64,000 nucleotides of DNA, taken from contig OY740796.1 of the NCBI GenBank assembly GCA_963514005.1, positions 15,438,001 through 15,502,000 of the forward strand. The letters are read 5' to 3'. The notes under the pieces were generated by a model. The model was not told the origin of the DNA. It saw only the letters and a list, made by a program, of their open reading frames with translations, and ran no database searches. Source of the DNA: Raja brachyura. Taxonomy: Eukaryota. This document shows positions 50,889 through 63,412 of the stretch, in pieces. Every line of letters begins with the position of its first letter. The stretch's first letter is position 1. The position numbers and the translations under genes were made by a program.

Positions 50889-53222
50889 GTCAGTTTAATA
50901 AGGTTTTCAAGAGAGAATTAGATTTAGCTCTTAGGGCTAATGGGAATCAAGGGATATGGGGAAAAAAGCCGGAACGGGGTACTGATTTTGGTAGATCAGC
51001 CATGATCATATTGAATGGCGGTGCTGGCTCGAAGGGCCTGCTCCTGCACATTTTCTATGTTTCTATATTTCTATGACAAAGCTCAAATTTATGTGTCAAG
51101 TGGCTAATAAAAATGAGTGCTATAGAATGTTACAGCACCGAACGGGCCATTTGGGCCACTGTCCTTGTGCAAGTCCCTGGTAAATCTTTCTATTTTGTCC
51201 TAATCCCTTCCTCTGTCCATGCACCCTGTATTTCTTTTTCCATTTCTCTTTTGACCATAATAAAACTTGATTCCACTATCCAATCATATCCAATCCAGTG
51301 GCACATACCAAGACAAATAAGCCTATTGTCACCAATGCCCAATCCTTAATGTTGATCTTCTCGTTATCATGCTTTGTACTTGAGGGCAGTTGAGAATAAA
51401 TGTTAATCATGTCATTGGTGCACACACCCTGTAAATTAATGAAACAAAAGGGTTTTGGTAGGCCATTAGTCCAAATATCGTATTGATGCATGGAATTGGT
51501 CTTTTGCACCACCAAAATTCAAGGTTGACAAGAAAATCAATGGGAAAGTATCATACCCAACATTAAGTGAACTTTGAAATTATTTTTGTTTAGCCAGATG
51601 TTTAGGTACAAAAGCAATGGTATAAATTAATTGTTGTGTTGCTTTCAGCCCCTTGTTGGAAGGTATGCATCTCCTATCAGTTGGTCAGAGAGCAGCATTA
51701 TTAGGCATCAGAGAATAACTCATCAGCCTAGGCAGAGACATTGTATAGGAATTCAAAAGAAAATTACCACAGATGTTGTGAGAAGAAACGTTTATGGAAG
51801 CAATAACTCGCAGAACTTAAAAATAAGTTGTGTTTGAGAGAGATAATTTAAGAATTAAATGCTGAAAGGCTTTCTGCTGTTACAATGTACGTTTGCCTGT
51901 ATCTAAAATGAGAAATCTACATTTCAACTTGGGAGCCAGATGGTCTTAACATTAAATTTAAATTATCTGAGAAGAAGTGCACATTACGCAGAAGCAAATG
52001 TTTTTGTGGCCAACAATTCTTCCTTTATTTATTTCTATATTTTGTCTATGGTGATGTATTGCTTTGAAGTAGATGATCTCACATTGTCCATTTGATAATT
52101 CACAGATGGGCATTGCCCTCTGACTCACTCCAGGCTCTTGGTGCAAAACTTGACCAATAGCTTGTTTTCCTTTTTAAATTGTTTGGGGGAGGGGAAGTTT
52201 TCTGAAATGGAAATTTATTGCTGACTTATCCTCATTGGAAACAGCTGCAGTGATGTGACGACTAGGTGGTTAGTGTTCTGCACTTAAGCCTCAATGCATT
52301 CCAAGTACTCCACTCTAATGATCCAGCAGTACAATCACATCAGCATTGCCCATTTCAAAATGTGCTGCAGAAGTTATGCAGAATTATGGTGAATATATTT
52401 TGCACAATTCACCCCATTTCGCTCGGCTTATTTATATTTAGAGTACTTAAGCTTTTTAATTTGCTGAGTAAAGGGAACAGAATTGAGTCAAAGCAGCATT
52501 TTCCCTGAATTTACGTGTCTTTATTATTGACAATTTGGGTATTTGAAAGTTCATTTCAATGTGTTGTTTAACCAGTGCGCTATAGAACATCATTAGTTGT
52601 CACTCCATTAGAAGGGAAATATTTCTGGGCGGTGGGGAGAAAGCAGTGGAATGGAACTAATTGGATGGCTTTTTTTCTCAAAAACCTGGCCCAGCGTAAT
52701 GGTGAGCTGTCTGATGATTCTATACAATTATTGAAACAAACAACAACAAAAAAATAGAATTTACTAATCTAATCTTACTGCCTTGTCACTTTGGCATTGA
52801 AAAAATACAACCCAAATGATTGGAGAGAGGTTAATAGCCTTACAGTATTTGTGATGAAAACACCATCAGTACCACCTTTGGATGTGTTCAATGTGTGAAT
52901 TCTAATGTTCAGATTGAATTGGAGGTATTTTGTCTTTGTCCTCATTAGTGTCTGTCAAATGTAATTGTGAGAATTTTGTGTACAATTCCATTTTTGTACA
53001 ATCTGTTTTGCACAGCTGGTATGATTTTCAAAATACAACAGCATTTTTTTTAACATGGAGTTGCTTTGTATCAGCAAGAATCACCCTGAACAGCAACATT
53101 CCAGCTTATAAAGTGTTCATAAACAATGGGCAGGCTCGGGCAATGCTTAAATCCCAGTTCTATCATATTTAGTTACAGAAACTTAACATTTGCATTGACT
53201 TTTGCACTTTAATCCTGGTTAG

Positions 53223-53445
53223 GTGATCACTGCGAAGTGGACATTCGGTCTGGCCGCTGTTCTCCAGGTGTGTGTAGAAACGGTGGATCCTGCATGAATC
53301 TCCCAGAAGGTGGCTTCAAGTGTAATTGCCCTTCAGGAGGATTTGAGAAGCCATATTGTGAAGTGACTGCACGATCTTTTCCACCAAAATCTTTTGTGAT
53401 GTTTCATGGCCTGAGACAAAGGTTTCACATGACAATATCTCTGAC
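53223..53445 (+). CDS. CELSR3: CELSR3-like exon 3 equivalent: EGF repeat and start of laminin-G domain 1
   Basis: ttag|GT GAT CAC TGC...; 223 nt; DHCEVDIRSGRCSPGVCRNGGSC...ARSFPPKSFVMFHGLRQRFHMTISL; donor AC|gtgagt; phase continues from the previous exon (G|GT). Confidence 0.95.
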
Positions 53446-53744
53446 GTGAGTATTTACCGATTCTTCCTGCTTTCCCGATTAGAAGGTGTTTTGATGAATG
53501 CAGTAATTTAAAATGTTGAAGGCAGTTTCGGCAAATGCACTTTCTGAAATGTATTGGTTAGAAGGTCGTTCCATGGAACCGATATTTCTGGAGAGACAAT
53601 GGAAAGGATCACCATCATAAGGAAATTATGATCCAGCAATCACGGAACATGTCTAATGTGTGATCCTGGCAGACTTTAACTACACAGATCGTAATCATGT
53701 TCAAAGTTGCCATTTTTGTAGCCTAAAATGAAATGCATGCTAGT

Positions 53745-53865
53745 CGAAGAGATAGACACAAAGTGCTGGAGCAACTCAGCGGGTTAGGCAGTATCTCTGG
53801 AGGAAAGGTACAGGTGACGTTTCGGGTCGGAAGCCATCTTCAGACTGAAAATATGGGGGGTGGGG
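53745..53865 (-). mobile_element. Penelope-derived element with hammerhead core (53816-53843)
   Basis: Minus strand CAGT-CTGAAGA-TGGCTTCCGACCC-GAAAC-GTC-ACC plus family body. Confidence 0.8.
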
Positions 53866-54089
53866 GAAACTGGTGGGAGCTTTGTCTCATCGAAGAGATC
53901 TCAGGGTTATTCTCATGATGAATAGAGTGCCTCGACTTTGCTCGTGTTTTTGTCCATAGAGAAAGAGGGTACTTGCGGCCTTATAAATTGTTATCTGTTA
54001 GAGGCTTCTAAAGCTATGAATCGTACTTTAATTAAAATACGTAACTTGATCTGTAAACAGTGGACACCAGGCCTGCAGTTCAACAGTGG

Positions 54090-54960
54090 TAAAGTTTATT
54101 GTCATACTCACCAGTACAGTGAGGAGCAGGTACAATGAAATATCTTGCTTGCAGCAGCAGCATCATAGATGACTCAGAAAAATGGACAAAAATACATTGT
54201 ATAAATTATACATAAATTACACATACAATTCTAAGGAAAGGAGACTGGAAATCAAGGCGTTGGTACAAATACACAATTGGAAAAACAATCAAGCCCATAG
54301 TAGTGCAAGAGGTGAGCTGTGGTGTTCCATTTTCCCAATATGATCAGGGTTATGAAGGTTGGCTCGGGAACATGATAGATGTAGGAAGTAGCTATTCCTA
54401 AACATAGTAGTGGGGGATGTGTCCGTGATGGACCAGTTGAGTGCAGCACTGTCTGTTCTGTACATTGGAATTGCCATACCATGTCATAATGTAGTCAGGC
54501 TATTTTCTACGGTACATCTGAAAAAGTTTTGTAGCGTATTCAGAAACACACCAAATCTCTTTAAACTTCTAAGAAAGTAGAGGTGCTGGCATGTCTTCTT
54601 TGCTTGTGCTGTGCTTCGCCCAGCACAAGCCATCTGAGATGCTATGTCCAGGAATTTGAAGTTGCTAAGTCTCTCTACCACTGATCCACCAATCAAAGCT
54701 GGTATGCGGTCTCCCGACCTACCCTGTCTGGAGTCAGCGAACAGTTCCTTAGTCTTGTTGACACTGAGCGAGAGGTTGTTGAGGTACCACTCAACCAGGT
54801 ATTCTATCCTTTTCCTGTACTCTGACTCATCACCACCAGTGATTCGGCCAGCCTTAGTGATGTTGTCGCTGAATTTGTAGATGGCATTGGTGCTGTGCCA
54901 AACCACCTAGTCATGGGTGTAAAGTGAATAGAGCAGGGGGGCTTAACATGCAGCCTTGAG
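54090..54960 (-). mobile_element. Rex1/Babar LINE RT C-terminus and 3' end
   Basis: NAIYKFSDNITKAGRITGGDESEYRKRIEYLVEW..NNLSLSVNKTKEL...LYFLRSLKRFGV; TGACAATAAA 3' end. Confidence 0.88.
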
Positions 54961-55164
54961 AATTTCTTGTGTTCCTGTGTTGTGTCTTCCTGTTCCATTG
55001 TTCAGGGTGCCGAGAGTAAATGAAGATTGAGTTTTGCGTGTTGAATGCGAGAAGTGGATGTATTTTATTAATGGAACTACCTGCTAATTGAAAAGGTGGG
55101 GCAGTGAGATCCTCTGGCAAATATGCGAATGTTGGAATTGCTGACTCTTAGAGGAGCAGCCAGG

Positions 55165-55258
55165 CTGAAAAATGGTCTCGACCCGAAACATTGCCTATTT
55201 CCTTCGCTCCATAGATGCTGCCTCACCCGCTTGAGTTTCTCCAGCATTTCTGTCTACC
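55165..55258 (+). mobile_element. Penelope-derived hammerhead-family element (core mutated)
   Basis: CTGAAAAATGGTCTCGACCCGAAACATTGCC plus family body. Confidence 0.8.
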
Positions 55259-57202
55259 GAGGTTGATTTTTGAAGTACTTTTCACAGAATTGCTACAGCA
55301 CATTGTAACAATTTTATATGAAATGGCAGGAAAATATCTGAAGCTGCTGGGATCTTTATTTGTGGCAGATGAAGTGAGTTTGCAAGTGAAGAACATGTGT
55401 GCTTGAATTTATTCTTCAGTAGATCAGATGGGGACTCGGAAAAAAATGAGTTCCCCATCCTGAACAGTAGAAAATGCCTTCAGTTTCATTGTAGTAGATT
55501 AAAAATTGGTTTTAACAAATGTTAAACTTTATTGTGCAATAGTTTATGATCAAAAGGTTTTTAATTGAATTGGAATTTGCAGAACAAACTATATTTCATA
55601 TGATATTTGTATTATTTTAATCCTAATTTTTAATCTGGCCATTTTAATACAATTGAGCACAGCACATTGTAGCTTTCCCTGCCATCCATGTGCAACTCAT
55701 TTCACAGGTACCAGGCAGTGCAGTGATACACATGATGTGCTTCCTTTCCTGAATGTGGCTCTCCATTAAAGTGTAAAGTGGGTGGAGAGAGGTGAGAACA
55801 GGCTAGGTTAATGATGTTCGGTGACAATGATAATGGATTAAACTTCAATTCAGATGAAATCAAATAAAGGATACTATTCATTTTACAGTAATGACATCTC
55901 ATTATAGTTGCCCGCTGTTGCAATTTTATTATGCAAAGGAAGCAACCGCAGGGGGCTGTCTTGGTTGCCATTCAGATATTTTATCAGTTTCTAGCACAAA
56001 GAAATAAAATGCCTTTACATTACCAAACAAATTAAAATTCACAGCTGAATTCTGTCAGAAATATCAAATCAACTGCTCAGCAAAAAAATATGCTGTTTAA
56101 CTTATTTTATGCCCCATTATTGTGATGCAATATACCTTAATATTCGCCTTGCAAAAAACAGAGCTGGACAAATTCCATTTATTTGGTGTCTTTCACAACC
56201 TCAGGATCCTCCACAGCATTTTACTGGCAATGATGTACCACTGTTTTTGTAAGGTAGTAAATATGTGGGAAACATCTGGTGTGGCAAGATGGACAATATA
56301 ATGCTGAGCAATAAGTCTTGTTACTAAGAAGAGTACTGACTGTGGCATTTGAAATTGAGTTGAAATTAAAATAGAGCTACTGTTCTGTGAAATGCATTTG
56401 AGCATGCTCAGTCTGATTCCAACTGGTTCAAAAACGTTTCTGTTCCTGAACGGCGTTTGCAGCAATTGGCAATTTTGTTTTCTCATTACTAGATAGCTGA
56501 TGTGGAAATAGAAAATATAACTTATTCAGTGGAAAATTTTGTTTTTGAAGTTGGAACTGAGAGGAGTTTCTGTTTGTGGACAATGAGCAACTCTGGTGCA
56601 ATTGCATGGGTTCTAAAACTTTTCTTCCACTCTTCTTCCAATAACAGTTTCTTCTCAACTTGATTTGTTTAGTTTTTAGCACAAAATCTACTGTGAACCA
56701 GCAAAATTGGACAAATGTTTCACAACATTTTATTTGTTTTTTTTGCTTTGAAAATGATGTCTAGATCTTGTGGATTCTTATAGCTAAAACGTGTTTATCA
56801 ACCATCTTCATTTAAACTCAGTGTCAGTCCAAAAATTGTAAAGAGCATGACTTGAAGTTACAAAACACGACTTTCATAAAGGCAACAATACTATTTACTT
56901 GTGAGTAGAGAAAAGGATTCATTTTTCAGAAATTCATTTAAGACTTTTACAAAGTTGGTGGCACTGTTCCCAATTGATCCATCAACGACCTGAAAATGAA
57001 ATCTGGGATAGAATCCCCCTTTGTAGATTTTTTTCACTGTGATGGCCTGATTAGACTTTTGGGAGAGGCGTGCTTCCGGTGCAGTACAACGATGTAAGAA
57101 GATTGCAGAAGTTTGAGGTGCATTGAATATAATTGATGTTGTTTGCAACAGTTGCACCACATTTATTATTGCACTGATGGAAAACAAGTGGAAACTTCAG
57201 TA

Positions 57203-57436
57203 CATAGAAACATAGAAAATAGGTGCAGGAGTAGGCCATTCGGCCCTTCGAGCCTGCACCGCCATTCAATGTGATCATGGCTGATCATCCAACTCAGTAT
57301 CCCATACCTGCCTTCTCTCCATACCCCCTGATCCCTTTAGCCACAAGTGCCACATCTAACGCCCTCTTAAATATAGCCAATGAACTGGCCTCAACTACCT
57401 TCTGTGGCGGAGAATCCCAGAGACTCACCACTCTGT
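57203..57436 (-). mobile_element. Young CR1 3' end (same family as the 49.3/49.9-kb copies)
   Basis: Very similar to 49296-49530. Confidence 0.9.
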
Positions 57437-57689
57437 ACTACTCTGGAGCGGGGTCAGGTACGAAAGGAATGTTACCATTTTCTTTTGTATGCTCTGTGAC
57501 TTTAGTGATACTGTGCGGAAATAGGCCCTTCGGCCCACCTAGTCCATGCTGACTGGTGACCACCCCGTACACTAACACTCAGCAGCTCAGGCAGCATCAG
57601 CAGGTGCAGGGTGTCTAGGATGATGGGAAAAATCTGTGCTCGCTGGGGTAATGGGATGGGATACGAAGTACTTTTTCTTCCTCCATATG

Positions 57690-58185
57690 TTCATCTCCTT
57701 CCCCGTGCCCCATACTTTTTTTATCCCCTCTATCTCCTCCCACCTATACCCTTCCTCAGGCTTTACATTTCACCACTCTTCTTTCTTTATCTGATACCTG
57801 TTATCTTGGGGAGAAGGGAGGGAGAGATAGATCAACCATGATTGAATTGCGGAGTAGACTTGATGGGCCGAATGGCCTAAATATACTCCTATCACTTGTG
57901 ACCTTATACCCTTTGCCTCCTTTTCACTTCCAGCCTTTATCACTTGCTCCACCCATCAGCCAGTCAATCTCCTTATGTCTAATTATCTTGGTAACTCAAA
58001 TTTCACTCTACCTTCATTGGTACATGTGGCAATAAACTGACCTTGAAACCTTACATTTGCCAGGATTTGCTCCCGCCCCCCCCCCCACCCCCGCCCCCAC
58101 AAACCACTCTTTTCCAGCTTTCTAACCCTACTTCATCATTCTGAAAAAGAGTACCGACCCGAAACGTCACCTGTTCATTCTACAG
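57690..58185 (+). mobile_element. Penelope-like pyrimidine-rich 3' region ending in a degenerate hammerhead core, with nested tails
   Basis: CTGAAAAAGAGTACCGACCCGAAACGTCACC at 58141-58171; CR1-type tail nested at about 57807-57905. Confidence 0.6.
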
Positions 58186-58574
58186 TCCATTTTGTCTCTA
58201 ACTAATTGAGAAGATGGGTTTGACTTTCACTAGCAACATTGAACATTATTCAGTAGCGGGCCTGCCCTTCTTGACATAAGTAATAATTGTGAAACATGAG
58301 TTATGCCCTGTGTAGACTGACCATGTGAAGGTAGTCCTGCAGCCCTTATACCAACTACAAAGCACAAGAAAAACAAGACACCTCTCACAAATTCCGCCCC
58401 CCTCCCCATTCTCCCCCACACCCTCCCTTTCTCCCCCTCCCCTGTGCCCCACCTGGAGTCCCAGCTATTTTTGCCCTTCCCCACCCCTTTGCCCTCCGCC
58501 TACATGCCTTCCTCTGGCAATTCGCAACTCTTCAAATTGCAAAGAGGAAGGTATCCATATTGGTATTGGTTTAT

Positions 58575-58883
58575 ACCGAAGATAGACACAAAAAACTGGA
58601 GTAACTCAGCGGGCCAGGCAGCATCTCCGGAGAGAAGGAATGGGTGACATTTCGGGTCGAGACCCTTCTTCAGACTAGTCAGGGGAAAGGGAAACAAGAG
58701 ATATAGACGATGATGTAGAGAGATAAAGAACAATTAATGAAAGATATGCAAAAAAGTAACGATTATAAAGGAAACAGACCATTGTTAGCTGTTGTTGGGT
58801 GAAAACGAGAACCTAGTGCAACTTGGGTGGGAGAGGGAGGGAATGTCAGGGTTACTTGAAGTTGGAGAAATCAATACTCATAC
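58575..58883 (-). mobile_element. Penelope-like element 3' end: ORF C-terminus, UTR, hammerhead core; 14-bp TSD
   Basis: TGGTATTGGTTTAT at 58561-58574 and 58884-58897. Minus strand encodes ..SMSIDFSNFK* (stop 58854-58852), followed about 180 nt later by CTGAAGAAGGGTCTCGACCCGAAATGTCACC. Confidence 0.85.
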
Positions 58884-58889
58884 TGGTAT

Positions 58890-59265
58890 TGGTTTATTAT
58901 TGTCATGCGTACCAAGATGCAGTGAAAAGCTTGAGTTTGCATATTATCAAATCAGATAATACCATATGTGAATACAATCAAGTCACAATTATGTGAAAAC
59001 AGAGAAAACAAAGAAAAATACCAGAGCACAGAATATACTTTTCCACCATTGAGGCGCAACAAGTCTGTAGTTTGCAATGGGGTAGATTGAAAATGTGTAA
59101 TCTAGTTTATGGGTGGACCATTCAGAAGTCTGATAACAGAGGGGAAGGAGCTGTTCCTGATTCTGGTGATATGTTCTTTCAAGCTCTTATATCTTCTGCC
59201 TGAGCGGGGAGAAGAGGGAATGGCTGGGGTGGAAAATTGCTTTGATTATGTTGGCCGGAGCCTGA
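58890..59265 (-). mobile_element. Rex1-type LINE 3' end
   Basis: Same TGACAATAATAAA end and 3' region as at 46780 and 54090. Confidence 0.65.
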
Positions 59266-59269
59266 GCTT

Positions 59270-60410
59270 TTACCCTTGTCTAATACATATGAGGATCTTG
59301 CTTCTTGTTTGGATGAGGATGGGGACTGCAGGGAGGATGTGCAAATTGTTCATGGAATAGGGAGCCATTCATGTGGGGGTGGGCGTGGGGGGAGAACAAT
59401 AGTTGGGGGAACAACCACTGCTGCAATGATCCAGTCCAGGTCCATTTTGCCTGCCCGATACCCGGGTACGGACATCCCTACTGACGTTGAGAAAACCTTG
59501 GACTGGGATGGGGTGGATTCTGCTGTTATGGTCAGCTACTAATGAAATGGGAGGTCTAGGTTGCTGAGACAATATGAGCAAAACCACAGGGCATAATTTA
59601 AAACCAGATTCACAACAGTGACAATCTCTGATTTTCTACCTGAGCCACTTGCACATTGGCAGAGGGTGAACAAGGTTAGAAAATTAAATGTGTGGCTCAA
59701 AGGTTGGCGTGGGAGAAATATATTCTGATTTATGGGGCACTGGCACCAGTACTGGGGAGAAGAAAGCTTTTCCGTGAAGATGTGCTTCACCTGAACCATG
59801 CTGGGCCTAGTGGCCTGGCAAAACACACTGCGGTTAAAGATAAGATTATAAACTAACAGGGGGACGGGTTCTAGTAATGGAAGGTTTAATGGAGCTAAAG
59901 TAAATGAGAAACTAGTGGCACATAATAGCAAATGGGAGAATGGAAGTCAGAGTAGGACTGAAGGGAATTAAGATATAAGCAATTGTGTGTGGCAGAAAGT
60001 GAATCCAGATTAAGTAAGCTAAATGCACATAGCATTTGTAACAATTGAATTGACAGCACAAATTGTAACAAATGAGTCTGATCTAATAGCTACTACAAGT
60101 TATGGTTGCAGGGTGACCAGGTCTGGGAACTGAATATTCCATGTAATTCAGTGAGCCAAAAGAGAAAGTGAAAAGAGAAAAGTAGTGGGATGCGATAGTT
60201 AATCAAGGAGTTATCATTGTAATACCGAGTTGTGAGATGGATCCAGTCATCGGTACTTTCAAAATCTGATTGGGGTTAAAATAATCAATGGCAGGGAAGG
60301 ATAGCGTGGAGGAGGAGTTTATGGGATTGTTTCTTAGAGCAATTTGCAGAATGTACTTAATATAAAAAAAAAACATGAGCTTCAATAGAGATATAAAAGC
60401 AGCAAGAGTT
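59270..60410 (+). mobile_element. Decayed CR1 ORF1 (SGNH-esterase-like) and ORF2 endonuclease start
   Basis: Remnants KVRKLNVWLKGWRGR..FMGHWHQYWG..HLNHAG and LNAHSICN..DLIA..WLQGDQVWELNIP. Confidence 0.7.
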
Positions 60411-60457
60411 TCTGTGGATCTATATGGTTATGTACACTACACAGCAGTATGATTTGT

Positions 60458-60548
60458 CTGAAGAAGGGTCTCGACCTGAAACGTCACCTATTCCTTTGCT
60501 CCATAGATGCTGCCGCACCCGCTGAGTTTCCCCAGCATTTTTGTCTAC
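60458..60548 (+). mobile_element. 91-bp Penelope-derived hammerhead insertion with 16-bp TSD
   Basis: CAGCAGWATGATTTGT at 60442-60457 and 60549-60564; the insert begins exactly at CTGAAGA. Confidence 0.88.
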
Positions 60549-60928
60549 CAGCAGAATGATTTGTTCAGCCAAGGATTGGAGATACAAATTTAATGACAAA
60601 AGAAGAGCTGGATGATTTGTGGATCTTGGACCATGAATGAAATCTTTCCTCATGCAATTTTGGCAGACTGTGCCCAGTGGCCATTGACCATTGAGAGCTT
60701 TTAGATTCGCTTTAGTCTTTAGACCAGTGCCTGTCTGTATATGAAGCCTCAGGACCTGTCAGAAAGAGACCATTATTTCAATGCTGTGATTGTCTGTCAG
60801 TTAGAATTAGTTCACGGTAGAATGTTAGTGACAGATTAGATTCACATGCTTTCTGTCCAAAGAAGTTGGAAAGGAGAGCCACTAAAATAGAAATATATTC
60901 TTCAGTTGAATCTATTCTCTACTTTCAG

Positions 60929-61044
60929 GTTCGCTACACAAGAAAATAATGGGCTCCTGTTTTACAACGGTCGATTTAATGAAAAACATGATTTTATTGC
61001 AGTGGAAATCATTGAAGGACAAGTTCAGTTGAAGTACTCAACAG
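60929..61044 (+). CDS. CELSR3: CELSR3-like exon 4 equivalent (laminin-G)
   Basis: tttcag|G TTC GCT ACA...; 116 nt; FATQENNGLLFYNGRFNEKHDFIAVEIIEGQVQLKYST; donor G|gtttgt. Not in the ORF track; read by hand. Confidence 0.93.
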
Positions 61045-61363
61045 GTTTGTTCTAAAAATATTTTTACATTAAACATTCAATTCAATTACATCAGTTCCTA
61101 ATCTGCAAATAAATTCCCATTATATATTGAATCATACCTAGTCAATTTTTTGGGATCTCATGGAATGATATAACAATTAAACTACTACTGTGGTTCTTGG
61201 GTGTTAACTGTTTGTCGTGCACGGAAAATAGGAGGTGGCAGTCATCATGAAGATTTTTGTTTGCCTTTTACCCACCTTAAATGTAGCTGAAATGGGACAG
61301 GTGACATCTGTTTATTTCAGAATACATAATTAAGGTCCACTCTCTATAATGTTCTCTTCACAG

Positions 61364-61452
61364 GGGAGTTGATGACAGTTGTAACCCCGTATCTTCCTGG
61401 TGGAGTCAGTGATGGGCAATGGCACACGGTACAGATCCAATACTACAACAAG
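61364..61452 (+). CDS. CELSR3: CELSR3-like exon 5 equivalent (laminin-G)
   Basis: ttcacag|GG GAG TTG...; 89 nt; GELMTVVTPYLPGGVSDGQWHTVQIQYYNK; donor AAG|gtagaa. Confidence 0.93.
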
Positions 61453-61658
61453 GTAGAAAATTAAGACTAATTACTAATGGGGTTTCCTTTACACTTTAAT
61501 TTGTGTGTGCAATATTTTCTAAGCAATTAAGCTCCTGACGTCAAAACTCTTATAAGAGAAAAAAAGAGGGCCCCTGCACTCCCCGAACTGCTCTGTACTT
61601 ATTAGATCATGGCTGATCTTTTGCCTAAGTGCTACTTTCCTGCACTAACCCCACATTC

Positions 61659-61798
61659 TTCCTTTCCCTTGACTCTCAGTCTGAAGAAGGGTCTCGACCC
61701 AAAACGTCACCTATTCCTTTTCTCCAGAAATGCTGTTTGACCTTTGAGTGCTTTTAGATTCATTTTAGTCTTTAGTTACTCCAGCTTTTTGTGTCTAT
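61659..61798 (+). mobile_element. Penelope-derived hammerhead-family insertion nested in a minus-strand CR1 3' fragment (about 61570-62130)
   Basis: CCCACATTC repeated at 61650-61658 and 61799-61807; core CTGAAGAAGGGTCTCGACCCAAAACGTCACC (G12 mutated). Confidence 0.82.
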
Positions 61799-63412
61799 CC
61801 CACATTCCTTGATTTGCTAAGAAATTGATGATCTGATATCCAGCAACTGAGCCTCCAGTTGGATGGTGAATTTAAACGTTTTTGTACCTTTTGAGTGAGG
61901 AACTTTCTTTTCCTTTCAGTCCTGAATAGGCAACCCCTTACTTTCAGATTATGACCCTTGGTTCTAGATAATTGACCCAGAGGAAACATTATGTGAAATT
62001 CTGTAAGAATTTTGTAAGTTTCAATAATCAACTCACACTCTTATGAACTCAAGTCAAGTCTATTTAACCTCTCCTTAGAAAGCTCTCCTCAGAAATCACT
62101 CTGATAGACTTTTGTTGCATTCCCTATGCTTCTTATTCTTTGTTCAAATATATTTAAATTTGTGAATTCCAATAACTGAACGTTCTACCATGAATCGTTC
62201 TCAAATCATCAAAACCCTTCTTGATTTTGAATGGTTTCTTCCCTTGCAAGAGGAGGGGATCAATCAGCTTCTCACGTAAATTAAATCTTGTATCTATGCT
62301 ACTATTCCATTAAATCTGCTCTGCAACCTGTTGAAGCTTTAGACAACCTTTGTAATGTACCCAAAATTGAGTTTCCTACTACCTGTTGAGTTTTCATTTT
62401 TAATTAGACCTGTAGCAGGTTATTATTTTTCTCACTATCTCCTCTCGTTTATGATTTAAAGATATTTCACTGTGGTGCACCTTTGTAGATGCCAATGATG
62501 TAAGTTTGAATAGTCAGAAGAAATGTACCTTTATTGTTCTGCAGACTGTTTTATTATACAATCTTTAACACTGTATTTAATACTGCCGTTGATAGCCTCT
62601 CAGACTTCCGTCTTTGTTGGGAGATTTGTCAAAGGAAGTATGTAAGGAAGTTTGAAGGCACCCCCAATACAACATTACCAGCAACACAAATCATGAGCTG
62701 GCCTATTGATTACACCTGGGGACAATATTTCCACTTACTTCCTCATGTAGGAGGTTTATTAACAAGTAGGTTGCAGCACAATTGCCAAGGTAATGTTTTT
62801 GGGCAATGACAGTCCCATCTGGATTCAATCAGCTCATCTTTCACAAGTACTGAAATTAACTTCTAAAGTGTCATAAGCAAATTTGCAAATGATTAGAAAA
62901 TCCACTGGATAATTTAACTTCCATAAATCTGAAGATATGGCAATCGTGGGTAAATACCTCTGAGTTTGATTCTCTTTCTATGTAAAAGTTTGATAAATAG
63001 GAGAAAAAGAAATAAAGTGGGTGGATACCTGATGTTTCTTTTTTTTATTAAGAAAGGGCAGGTCAGTAAAAACAACATAGGAGATTATTTGAAATTACCT
63101 TGAAAGCCAACAATCATATTTATAGAATTAGCAAAGTTTACTTTTAAGAAAAAGGGGGAAAAAAGTGAAAGGAGAAAATAATTGATTGCCAATTTTTGGA
63201 AAATGCATTCCAAACAAACAGTACAAACAACAAGCAATTCTTTAAAAATCTGACGTGTTGTTGTAAGAAGCTAAGTCGTGTTAATGAGAAAGTCAAAAGT
63301 GTTTGCTCTATATATTTATATTTTTATAATCATCTTGCTGTGGTGGCTACTTTTATTTACAATCCTCTTCATTAGTATGTGTTATTTTTATGTTTGTGTA
63401 TATTTCTTTCAG

